DNA of 64,000 nt, from assembly GCA_032718475.1 (NCBI GenBank), contig JAUCBJ010007596.1, positions 6,390-70,389 of the forward strand, written 5' to 3'. Shown here one piece after another: positions 35,015-47,868 of this stretch; within the stretch, counting starts at the first letter, position 1, and each line of letters opens with the position of its first letter. Made by a program: the position numbers and the translations under genes. Source of the stretch: Nemertoderma westbladi (taxonomy: Eukaryota; Animalia; Xenacoelomorpha). The notes under the pieces were generated by a model. It did no database searches. It saw nothing but the letters and a program-made list of their open reading frames with translations, and was not told the DNA's origin.

Positions 35015-38000
35015 ATGTCTGACACCCAGCAAAACCTGTCAGACAGTCTAATCGATACAACCATCTGTGACACAGATAGGAGTGTGGAGCGATTAAGAAA
35101 GGAGTTCAGCTCACCTCCTACTGAAAGAAAGGTCATCCCTCCAGTAGTAGTATCAGACCCTAAGCTAATCCAACACCGTAGGTCTATCATCGGCACTCGG
35201 GCCCAAGTCAAACGGAACCAGGAAGCAGCTGTCCAACAGCAGCAACATCCTAGTCAAGAAACTTGTTCCCAGCGATCCGATAGCTCCAGTAGTTCGGATA
35301 CTGTAGAGCTGACCCCCGAACGCGGAGTGCAGATGACTGCTACAGCCTACTCGGATCCCCTTCTCACCCTTCCTGCCGCAGTGCTAACTACTATATTGAT
35401 TGCGGTGGAGGAACATCAAGCCGATTGGGCGAGAAGTATGTGAGCGACCCAAGATAGTTATGCGGGATATGCCAGGGAAGAATTGATGTCTATTGTCGAG
35501 TCACAATGGAACTTTCCCGGACCCGGACTCCCGTTAGATTTGTCCGAAGCTACTTGGGAAGACATACACAGGATGGGAGTAACTAAAGATACGATGGATC
35601 CAGCTGTTTGGAAGAGGTCGGCAGCAGGATATGTGCAGGGATTCTTCGGCTCCTTAGAGTGATTAGAAGAACAACTGTTTCGACAACCCCAAGGACCTCA
35701 AGAGCAGGAAGAGCTGCTATATCAAGTACGCGAAAGAACCCTACGCATTAGACTAATCTTGTCAGCCTTTGAGGAAACTTCCAAAAGTAGACAGGACACG
35801 TCGCTGCAGGTTGCTGTCAAGACTTGGTTCCAGCGGGTAAGTCTCAAAGTACAAGAAACTGCCCAGTGGAAATCCCAGCTGGCTGAGAGACCAACCTATG
35901 AAGAACCAACCGATGCCACCCTTTCTCAAGCGGAAAGCGAAGTGACAGCAGAGAGACCGCGAACTAGAGACGCTATCGACATTTATCTGTCCGACTATCA
36001 GCGATTCCTAGGAGACGAAGAGTTGAGGAGACGGCTGTCTGGACTTTCCCCTAATAGTGAAGGAACCCAACTTGTGTTGGACGCAATCGATACTGAGATG
36101 ATAGCTGCGGACCAAGCTAAATTTGATGAACGTCTCCGCATAGCTAGAGCTCAAGAAGAACAAGTAAAGAAAAGGCGGATTGAAGACAAAAAGGCAGCAG
36201 CAATAGCAGCGGCAATGGCAACAGCAGAAGCAGACAGAAAGGCGGAAAGAAAGGCGGCAGAAGCAGCGGCCGAAGCGGAAATAAAAGCGGCGGAGGCAAA
36301 AGCAGAAGCAGACAGAAAGGCGGCAGAAGCAGCGGCCGAAGCAGACAGAAAGGCGGAAAGAAAGGCGGCGGAGGCAGTGGCAGAAGCAGAACAGAGAGCG
36401 TCTGAGGAGACCGCCCAGCTGGAGTTAGAAAATCTGCAGGAGACGCAAGACAGCATCGGTAGGCAGTTAACAGACAGTCGAATGCAGATGATGAGTCGAT
36501 CTACTTCCAAACACCAAGGCTATACATCATCGGAGGAAGGGGATACCACCGATCCTGAAGGTGGAGGAAATCAATCTCGTCTCAGTAGACGTAGAAGAAC
36601 ATCTCACCGTCATAAATTGCCTGATTTGCCCCCAGCTGTTAGAAGACAATTAGCTAGCACAACAGTAGGTAGTGCAGAACCCACAGACCGAATTATTACC
36701 GTCAACAGACTCCCTACTATAACAGATGAGCCTGAAATAATTAGGCCTTTTCTCGAAGCCACCCCTTCGGTGCTAGAGACACCTGTACTCCCTGAAACAA
36801 ACTCTAAATTCCATTTACACAGTACTACACTGCATGTACCCGGTAGAACAGTCCGTGAGAATATCCCTGTCCTGGACGCTGAGAGAGAAATCAAAGATTT
36901 GTCTCCCGTCGTCCCGCGTCAGTCCGCTACAATGTTGGCGACTCCCGCTTTGGCGGTCGAGTGGGTAGAGGAGGGACGGCGGGGGATGAATCTCCTGCTC
37001 GGACAGATGCAGGAGACTGTCCACCAACTTAAGGGAACAGTAAGGGAAGGTAGGGCCGAATTGCAAGAAGTGCAGCAAAGTATCGCGCTAGAACGCGACA
37101 AATTAGTCAACATACAAAAGGGTATACCCATACCCCCTGTAACATTGTGTCAACCTGTTAGGTCTGAAGTATTACATGCGCAAGGTGTGGAGCCTACACG
37201 CATCTATACTGCTAGTGAAGTAGAAACTCCTATAGCAAACCCTATTAAGGGTGATTATAAACCTGTTGTTAATGATATTCCCTATAGACCTGATAATGAT
37301 CCGAGAAATTTATATACCGATAATTCGATATTAAATAACACGATGGCCCAAGAAAGCTTTACGCATCAGATGGCTAGAACAGAAGCCCGCCAAGCGGTCA
37401 AAGTGGGAGAGATCGTCAAATTCAATGGAGATGAGATGAAATGGTTACCTTTCAATGAATATTACAAAGACAGCATACAGAACTCTGTACTATCTAACGG
37501 AGAGAAACTTAGGTTCCTCATCAAGTGCTTGGAAGGACCTCCCAAGTTAATGGCGTTGAAGTTCATTGGACATCCAGAAGGATTAAGACAAGTTTGGGAT
37601 ACATTAAACATCAGGTATGGTAACAAGGATAACATAGCTAAGTATTTGTATGCAAAATTAGTAGCCCCCCGAAACTTCCTTAGTAGCGGGATTATAGAGT
37701 TTTCTGATGAGATTCAGGAGATCTGTAGACAATTGGACTGGTTAGGTAAGTCTCATGAATATCAGAGTTCCATGGTTATTGGAGCAGTAGTCTCTACTTT
37801 ACCAAAGGGTGGAGTATGTACACGCTGGGACAAGAAAGTGTTGTATATGAATGAGCAGCAACGACGAAGCCCTACCATGGCTGATCTCATGTCCTTCTTA
37901 GATGGTGAAGTAAAACTACAACTCATCAAGCAGTCCAGAGAAAAAACATCGGAAAATAAGGTAAGTGAGAAACCCGTTTCTAGGAGAAGAGTCACACCGG

Positions 38001-41000
38001 TGTGTTACACTGACGACGGCGAAAGCCAAGCTTCTCAAGAAGAGGACAGCGGGAAAGACACTGATCGATCTTACTACGTTGGCAAAACCTCAAAAGACGT
38101 AAGTAAATACAAGGCTCGAACCAACGATAGGAGAGAACAGGTTGCCAAGACCCCTCCTCAGTCTCCTAACAGAATGCACGGAAGAAAACCCGAAGAAAGA
38201 ACGAGAGTGCATCAGGTTACCCAAGGTAAAGTGAGTAACATAAAACCTAACTGTGCGCTGTGCGACGGGACCCACCGTTTGAGTGCGTGTGCTGAATTTC
38301 TAAAGAAATCCCTTGTAGACAGACGTGCAGTCGTGTGGGATAAGCGGTTATGCTATAATTGCCTCAGACCAGGACACCAACGGCGAACCTGTTACTCCGA
38401 CGTAAAGTGTGCAAAGTGTGACGCGAAACATCACATCTTGTTACACAGTGAGTTCGAACGAAACAACCCGAGTAAGGTAAGTGAGCCCGAACTACATGTC
38501 CAATTCAGTGATGTAAACGACACTGATCAAGAATCTGAGATGGAAGGATTCTATACTGACGAATTCTCCGACGCCAACGAATCCTGTTATCTAATCAATA
38601 CCGCGGTGTATCGAGCACTTACTTATGAAAAGGACACCGACAATGAGTTCCCCCCAACTACTTTTGCCAGACAACCATCTTGGAAAGCTCCAACTTCCAA
38701 CGTAGGAATCAGAGAATTTCCTGTAGTGCAGGTAAGAGTTCACGGTCCTAGCAAAAGCTACATAGTGAACGCACTCCTTGACTCCGGCAGCACAGGAACA
38801 TTCATCGATCAAGAACTAGCCGAAGATATCTTTGCTGGACAACCAAAATTCCGGACTAAATTGAATATGTCAGGAATTATGCAGGTTTGGAAATCTACCC
38901 TAACGGCAGACTACTATGTAGGTGTGTTGTCCACCCCCCAGGATAAATTAGGAGCACAAGGTATAAGGTCGGTAAAAATGGTGGCTATAAAGAACTTCGC
39001 TACTACTCAAGCAGACCTTTATAATTGGGACGAGGATGAGAGCATCCAACATCTTAAGATACCTCGATTCCAGACAGATTAGCCTGGAGTGCAAATACTC
39101 ATCGGCCAAAACGCGCATGAGGCGCTCGAGACATTGGAGAAACGGCCTGCTCAACCACAGCCACTGCAAACCTATGCGGTAAGAACTAGAGTAGGTTGGT
39201 ACTTTACTGGCCCTTCCCGCAAAACTCTCGAAGAGAGAATGCCACAAGAACGAATATACCAAGTAAACGATTGGGAAGTGGAGAGCAGTGAGGTGGACGA
39301 ACTAACTGAGGGAACACCATACTCCTCAGATAATGACGACATCTACCAACTCTTCGATGAAGAGAACACAATCGACCTACTTACAGAAAACAAAACGTGG
39401 AAAAACCAGGTGAACCTATGTCAACTGATTCGCCCATCGGGACCCATTGATTACAATGACGAACTAAATGATGAGATAGAGCGCTACAACGCTAGAACTC
39501 GGGACGAACTAGCCGTACGATTCTTTACTCAAGAACTGGTAGAGCCCAATTCATACGATAAGGCCCTATCGATAGAAGAAGAAAGAGCCAAGCAAATCCA
39601 GGAAACAACTACACGTTTTTTAAAGGACCAAGGTAGATATGAAATCGGCCTACCATTTCGAAAACGAGAACCTAGATTTATAAATAACAGACCCTTGGCA
39701 GAGAAAAGAATCGCTCAATTACATAGACGCCTTACGGCTAATGCTTCAGCTAAAGAAATGTACCAAACTCAGTTGAAGAAATTTATAACAAAGGGATACG
39801 CGGAGCGAGTACCGGAAGGAACACCAGTGACTGAGAGAACGTATTACTTAACACATCATTACGTTCCCAAACCCGGTAAACCCCATGAAGTACGAGTCGT
39901 ATTCGATGGCTCTGCTCTATATATGGGCCAATCCCTCAATTCCGATTTGTTACCAGGACCCAACTTACTCCAATCTTTGTTGGGAATACTTTTGAGATTA
40001 AGACAATATTCCATCGCGTTCGCCTCCGATATAGAAGGAATGTTCTTACAAGTCAAGGCGCTGGATAGAGATAGAGACAGCCTGAGATTTCTGTGGTGGC
40101 CTGAAGGAGACCTCAACCAGAAACCAGTAGAGTACTGGATGACCATCCAGGCTTTTGGGATCATATCAAGCCCTTCCAACGCCTGCTCCGTGGTGCGAAC
40201 CACTGCGAATGACAACCGAGACGCCTTCTCCAAAGAGGTGATAGACAACATCAAACGTAATATATACATGGACGACAATTTAAGGTCCCTTCCATCAGTA
40301 GAAGAAGCCATAGATGTCGCGAAAGGAACGGTAGAGTGTTTGAAAAGAGGTGGATTTCGACTGAAGAAATTCACCAGCAACTCCCGTGAGTTTCTGGAAG
40401 CGATACCGGTAGAAGACCGAGGAGCGAAAGACCTAGATTTAATAAAGGACGATCTTCCAGAAACCAAGACGCTTGGCTTGAAGTGGGACACTGAAAGAGA
40501 CATCCTGTTTTTTCAGCTCAAACAGCGAGATAATCCAGTTCGGACCAAACGGATTTGTTTAAGCATCCTGAGCACTTATTTCGACCCATTGGGATTTATT
40601 AGCCCAGTTATATTGATTGCTCGGAGTTTAGTACAACAAATGTGGCTTGAAAACCACTCATGGGACGATCCACTTAAGGGAGAACTGTTAAAGAAATGGA
40701 TGAAATGGGAAGATTCTCTACCTGCCATCGAGAGCTTTATAATTTCCCGTGCATATTTTGGTCATGTTCTCCCTACTTATTCCTATCAACTCCATGTGTT
40801 TGGAGACGCCAGCGACATGGGAATAGGTATAGTGGCATATCTGCGAGTCGAAACTCCGGATGGAATCAAGGTCGCCTTGGTTACCTCTAAGGCATTGATT
40901 AACAACAAGTTAAAGGTTCCTCGAGCGGAGTTAAAGGTGGCTTTATACGCTACAGCCATCGGCCGGAACGTAACAGAACAAATCGACTATCCACTGGAGA

Positions 41001-43150
41001 AAACTGTTTATTGGACCGACGCTTTACTCGTGTTGGAGTATATAACCAATGAAGTCTGTCAGTTCAGCGTTTTTGTTACTAACAGGGTAGCTATTATTCT
41101 TAGTCGCACAAAGATAGATCAATGGAGACATTGCCCTAGTACGATTAATCCAGCCGATATCGCCTCCAGGGGAGCGACTCCACAGGAACTGATAGATACT
41201 CCAGACTGGTTGGGTGGACCCGACTTCCTGAGCAAGGAAGAAGATGAATGGCCTCCTCACCTTACTACGGCGGAGATTAGACAAGCCAAGGGAGCGGAGA
41301 CAGTCAAACCTAAAACCCGGGCGAGTAAATCGAAGTTATTTAAACCGACGATCGATCTATCTGTATTACATACTTCCGGGAATGATGCTTCGGATCCACA
41401 ATCCCTCAACACAAATAAGTCTGTTGTGGAAATTAGAGATAGAGATTGGAAATCTGGAATACCAGACGTCTCGCAAGGAATCTCACCCATGCTGCAGAGA
41501 GCAATGCATCACTACAGTTCCTGGAATCGGCTCTGTAAAGCCGTCACGTATTTAAGGAGATGTTTTCATCATCACTACTCCAGGACGAAGACCATTAGTG
41601 ATACCGCTCCATTGACATCTGCACAAGTTCATGTTATTAAAAATTTACCCAAATATAAAACATCCGACCGGTTTCTAAAGGAGAAAATTAGTCACCAGGA
41701 GCATGAAGAAACAAATAAGCAGATACTGAGACTCCTGCAATGCTATGAGGATTCCGATAAGTATTTCCTGTTGTTGAGAAATCCGCAGATGCGCTTAAGG
41801 GATCGATTCTCTAGCACAATGATAGATGGGTTAATACGTGTTGGAGGAAGGCTCACCAATGCGCCATTATCCTTTGACACTAAATTCCCCATACTCATTA
41901 GAAATCTTGAAGTACAAATCAAGATGATTGTAGATGTTCACAGTAAACTTTATCATGCTGGTAGAGAACGAGTTCTTAGCGAAATTCGAACGCGCTATTA
42001 TTTTGATAAACCCCGTAGAGCTCTGAACCAAGTTCTTAGGAACTGCATACCCTGTAGGAAAGCATTCAGTAGGCCTTTAACACAGCGAGAGGCAGAATTA
42101 CCTAGGGAACGAGTAAGCTTCTATGAACCACCTTTTACTAATACTGGTGTAGATTTATTTGGCCCTATTGAAGTATATCGTGCTAGAACTATAGTCAAGA
42201 GATGGTGTGTCATCTTCATATGCATGACTTGTAGAGCCATCCATCTCGATATGGTGAACGATCTATCTACCAACAGCTTCGTCTTAAGTTTACGCCGACA
42301 GATCGCTCGCTTTGGGACGAGTAATACCATGAGATCGGATAAGGGAACGAATTTCATTGGTGCCAATAACGAAATACAGGCTTACGTGAAGGACTGGAAC
42401 CAAAGACAGGTGGACGATCAGCTAAGGATAACAGCGTCTAGCTGGACCTTCAACGCCGCCGACGCCCCTTGGTGGGGAGGAAGTTGGAGGAGATTAATTA
42501 GAAGTGTCAAGACCGCATTTCACTTTATAGTGCCATGCCGCGCGTATCTCACCGACGAACTTTTGCGGACATTAATGGAGGAAATAGCTGCCTATCTTAA
42601 CGAGAGACCGCTTATGCCAGTCTCATCGAGTCCCGATTCCCTGGAAGCGCTAACACCCGCGCACTTCCTACTGAAGAAACCTGTAGCCATGCTCCCACGA
42701 TCGGAGATTGCCGACGGAGACGAATACTGCCGTCGAACTTGGCAACTTATGCAGTTGCTATCCCGTCGTTTCGCTGACCATTTCGAGAAACATTATCTGC
42801 CCACGCTACAACTTCGAACTAAGTGGTTTGCGCAGAAAGAAAATGTCAGCGCCGGAGATATGGTGCTTATTGTAGATTCAGACCTCCCACGTAAACGGTG
42901 GCAGACAGGTCGTATCATCGAGACTCACATCTCGGATGATGGTTTAGTACGCTCGGTAGAACTCGTCGTCATGCGGCGTAACTTCAAGAAGCCAGGCATA
43001 ATCTTTGAGACGCAACAACTCAACCGCCCAGTTGGTCGTTTATGTTTACTGGAAAGAGACAGAGAACTCTCCGGAAACTATGGAAGGCAAGACACTCTTC
43101 CCACGACCACCTCCCTAATTCCTCAAACATCTAGGGACTCCCCAACGTGA
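35015..43150 (+). pseudogene. BEL/Pao gag-pol polyprotein, one reading frame with three in-frame stops (35441, 35660, 39080)
   Basis: ORFs 35015, 35759 and 39089 share a frame. Gag core (KFNGDEMKW...EKLRFL), three BEL knuckles (CALCDGTH..C, CYNCLRPGH..C, CAKCDAKHH.LLH), protease ALLDSGS, RT (RVVFDGS, DIEGMF, YMDD), RNase H (FGDAS, PRAEL, WTD, NPADIASRG) and integrase (GVDLFGP, SDKGTNF; WRRL where WERL is expected). Confidence 0.93.
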
Positions 43151-44016
43151 TACGTCTGGAGTGGGTGTATGACTATATTGTTTTATCTATTTTTATTATA
43201 TTTTTATATGCGAACTTTATTATGTACTTTATTATAATCGTTTTTATTCAATTTTATTTAGTAGAAGGTTATTTTAGATTATTTGGTAGATTAGTGCAAT
43301 ATATTAGTGTTTATTACGTAATTACATATATAATATATATTTAGTATGACGGCGAGAAATAATTTTTCTCTTTCCTTACTGTCCGTATCATATTATAAAT
43401 ACGTGACTACAGTAAGATGAAATGTCCGTACTTATTAAAGTACAATAAAGCCACTACTATATTCAAGTATTATTGGTAGGCAGAGTATTAGGAATGCAAA
43501 GTTCAGATCCTCGTGTCTCGGCTAAACCAAGCTCTGGGTAGACCTTGGAAACGACTTGCCTCTTCACACTGACATTGCTTCGTGCGATATTGCTCTTCTA
43601 CCTTATATTAAATAATACATATAGTAGCGTGATGTACATATAACAGTAGCGTAAAACGCAAATAAATCTGTTAAACCTTTTGACCATCTGTAATTCTAGT
43701 CGATTAAGATATCGCGGCACCCACCGATATACTTGAAAGACAAATTCTAGAATCAGTGGTTGACGTCCCCAGACAAGTTCTGGAATAAATCGGTGCCCAT
43801 CTTAAATATTAATTTAATATTTATTAAAATCTGTAAAATTCAGATCCTTTAAAATTTCTAGTCAATTAAGATATCGTAGCACTTACCGATACTCTTAAAA
43901 GACAATTTTAGAGAATTAAGGATCCTCGGTCCCCAGACATGCTCTGGAATGAAATTGTGTCAATTTTACCATCAAATAATAAAATTCACGGGAATAAATT
44001 TAAATTCATATCTTAA

Positions 44017-45581
44017 CCCTATTAAACCCGGGGGGGGGGGTCAATATGACCCCCCCCCCCGTGGTTTTTTTATTATAATTCTGAAACAAACGCAGTTGGG
44101 AATCTGAAATTTTATGACTTTTCCTAAAAATATATTGTCTTCATGGTAGTGAAAACCGTTTTTAAAAATATTGGGTACTTTTCGAGTTATAGCACCATTT
44201 TTTAACCCTACTTTTGGCACTTTTTTTGAGACGTTTTTTGAAAATTACATTTCATTAAATATGAATTGTAACATCTCTATTTTTGATTTACACCGGTTTT
44301 TTGGTGTTAGAAATTGGATGGAATTCATATAAATTGATTTAGAAATTTCAAACTTGTTTTTTTCGATGTGTGCCAAATTTTGGTGCCAGCACCAAATTTT
44401 GAAATAAGTCAATTTTGTAAATTGATTGTTTGAAACTTGTTTTTTACGCAATTGGGGTTTTTTGGGGTTCTGGATTCGATGAAATATATACGAATTGCAA
44501 CAAGCGTATCAAACTTGTATTTTTCGGTGCTGTGTGCAAATTTTGGTGCTAGCACTAAATTTCGAAAATCCATTCAATATATAAAATTGCTTGTGACAAT
44601 TTATTTCTTGCGTTTTATAGGTTTATGGCTGTTCTGAATTCAATGGAAAATATAATTATCGAACTAGACATCTCAAACTTGTATTTTTCGGATGTGGGTG
44701 CAAAATGTGGTGCTAGCACCAAATTTTGAAAACCATCAAATATATCAATTGATTGTGTCACCTTGTTTCTTGCGTTATACGGGTTTGTGATGGTTCTGAA
44801 TTCAATGGAATCAGTAAAAATTTCATAAGAGTTCTCAAACTTGTATTTTTCGCCGGTGGGTGAAAATTGTTGCGCCAACACCAAATTTTGGAAAATATGC
44901 AAATTGATAAGTAGATAGTATCACCTTGTTTCTTGCGTTATACGGGTTTATGAGGGTCCTGAATCCGATGGAATCAATAAAAACAGCACTGGACATCGCA
45001 CACTTGTACTTTTTGGTGATGGGTACGAAATTTTGTGCTAGCACCAAAATTTGCCAAATTTCGCCGAAAAATACAAGTAGCAATGATCTGGCATATTAGA
45101 AATGTATTACATTAGAATCAGCGCCCTCGAAAACCTGAAAATGGAAATTTATAGCATCGTATAAGTGAATTAAAAATTTTGAGTTCTAACTGAAAAGTGC
45201 TGGTTACTTGTTTTTTTCATTTTTTTCCTACGCAGAGAGGACTAAACAGCCATTTATAGTAATCATATCATTTTTAAATATTTTCCAATGTATTATGCAC
45301 CCCAAAAAACCTGTATTGAAAAATAATTAGCCGAAAATGTAACTTTCAAATTTTCTGAAAATTGTGCACTACTTGTAATTTTGGTGCTGCAATATAACCA
45401 CCCCAGTACATTTTTTCGAAAATTTTTTTTTTCGGTCGGATCCAGACAAGTGATACCTACGTACAAACAAAAAATCAGACGTTTTCGTAAATATTTGTAG
45501 ATTTTAGAGGGGGGGGGAGGGTCAATATGACCCCCCCCCCCGGGTATTTGTACAACATTTTATAGCCCGGTACTAATAGGG
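44017..45581. mobile_element. piggyBac-like non-autonomous element inserted in the BEL 3' region
   Basis: TTAA-CCCTATTA ... TAATAGGG-TTAA, with subterminal GGGGTCAATATGACCCC palindromes at both ends and internal degenerate units of about 180 bp (GCACCAAATTT). Confidence 0.85.
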
Positions 45582-46339
45582 TTAAATGAATTTCATAAAT
45601 TGTCATTTGTGCAATTTATAACATTCCCAAAATTCCATTAATTAATAGATCATGGGAGCGGAGATTCATCCTATTGAGTGTATTAGAGTGCGAGAATCTC
45701 CAACATATAGTCAATAGCCGATAAAATTAATAAAATCATGTATAAAGAGGATATTGACAATTAAAGAATTACTATTAAATAGCATTCCAGATCTGTATGC
45801 ATGAGAATTACCCTAATTCTACCGCTAGCTTTCCATAATGTCACCATAGCAACACCCACACTAGAATTAGAAGCAAGTTAAAAGAACAATAGAAAGCTTG
45901 TCCCATTGCATAGCATAGAGTATACATAGCACACTGTTAGTATCCAAAGATACACAGTAATAACGTGACATTCTGGAAGGCACTGACTAACGGACAAATG
46001 GCCTGTATGTGTACAATTGGTGACAGTTGTGTGGAATTTGTGCGTTTATAGGTGAATGTTACTGCTAAAGTATGTTTACAGTAGCTAGTCGCAATTGTGA
46101 AAGTAACCCAACTCTCCTATAGAAAGAACCTAAAGTGGATTCAAGCCTTTGGGACAGACAGTGGAGTGACTTGTGCCGGTTATCGTTGTCGTGCTGTTGC
46201 TACATGTTGGCGTAAACACCGCGACGACGGTACATCGGCGCTGAGAATCCCACTGTCCGGGGGCAAAGAGAGGTAGGCAGCGACGTCCGCTCGCCTAAAC
46301 ATAAACTCATTACAATATTAATAAACTCAGATAGCAGAT

Positions 46340-47790
46340 ATGACGGAGTTGATAGAAGATGATCTTGGTATCAGGGAGCGATATACTCTACCTTTACAAG
46401 CATTTGTGGATAGCTTGATACGCGGTGAAGCCGATCCAACCATTACGGAGGACGATGGTCGTTATATCGAACCGCCGATGTCCCAAGAGCAACTTACGCG
46501 TGAATTGGACTACCGAAAATTCACCGCTCACTATACGCATCGTAATGGTACGTATATGGACTTCCTAACTACCGGCCATCCTATCGATTTACATGATACG
46601 GACGATGTAGACACCGAAAGGGAAATGGTTCTATTTAAATATCATACCCAGCGGAGTCGTAACGATAAACCGAGAATAGATCACGAAAATTATATTCGTA
46701 ACAGACTGGGAAGACGAACCAATATGCCTAGAATTTGAGGAGATTCAGCCTATCGCGCCCGGAACAGCGACAACGATTACATCCTAGAATGGTATCAAGG
46801 TCCACAGTGTCTCACTGCGTACGATTATCGCCATGCCAACTATGTTTCTCGGCAACGTTGTCGGTTATGCGCATCGAGAGACCATGTTACGCCCATGGAC
46901 ACAAACGTCCGCTGTTCCTATTTCCACGAACAACCGGCGATGGAAATTTATTGCGCGTATTGCAGACTCAATAACTTGCACATTTTTGCGGTTTGCCCTC
47001 AATTTATGACTCAATGTCACCATTGTCAACTAAAGGGACACGCCAGTTTCGATTGCCCTTTTTTAATCACGATTTGGAAAGCGTAGATGAAATGATCACA
47101 CTACGTTACATCAGAGCTTGGGAAGCGAACACTGATTTACATTGTGATTCGCGCCATCGTTATTATCCTGGACGCGCTTACGAAGGAGTTTATGCGTTCC
47201 ATCCTTATCTATTCGCTTATGTCGAACAGAAATCACGCATATCGAGTTACGAGCTACTGAAGCGCGTCGGAGAATGTATTTCAACCAAATTCGTACGCAA
47301 ATTTCTCAGGAGTGTTAATCCTAGCGACCTTCATTCCTATAACTTAATCAATTATATCCGTCAGGATCCGGACTATGGAGACTTATTTGTTAACTCACAC
47401 CCCGAGTTACAGGAAGTATATCGACGGCCTTACGAATACCGAGCCCGCGAACGCGAGTTGGAAAGAACCATTAAACCCCGGAGGTTTCTAACTGCCTATG
47501 GTCCACCCACGGCTCTCGTTCAGACCACTCGTAAAGGACCCGTAAGAGTGGCTGTCTTAAAACGAGCTCTCAAAGCCGTTAGACCCCTCTCCCCCGACGT
47601 TGATGTCAATCAACCCGGTACTTCGACTGGCGGATACACCGACCATAATCCTACACCCTCTGATGCAATCATATTGCACCCTTCACCCAGGAGTTATAGC
47701 CCTCCTTGTAAAGTGGCTCGCCCCAAAGAGAAAAAGACTCTGGCTAGCTTTAAAAAACTGCGTAAACGCCGTCCGCGCAAGAAAGACTAA
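46340..47790 (+). pseudogene. Extra ORF of the BEL element (about 480 aa if joined): zinc knuckles and basic C-terminus; one in-frame TGA and one -1 shift
   Basis: The frame of 46340 stays open past TGA 46736 into CRLCASRDH, CAYCRLNNLHIFAVC and CHHCQLKGHASFDC. A -1 shift at T TTT TTA (47059-47065) enters the frame ending KKLRKRRPRKKD, 78 bp before the 3' LTR. Confidence 0.7.
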
Positions 47791-47868
47791 CTGTTTAGAG
47801 TATTTACATATATTAGAAACTGTGATTTTTGTATATTTATAAACTTGAATCCCATTTTCTGGGAGCGG

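Noticed and set aside
39080-39082. Programmed gag-pol stop readthrough
   Set aside because: The TAG falls after the protease active site rather than at the Gag/protease boundary, BEL elements normally have a single ORF, and this copy has other nonsense lesions.
46340-47790. Envelope gene
   Set aside because: No signal peptide, fusion peptide or transmembrane segment.
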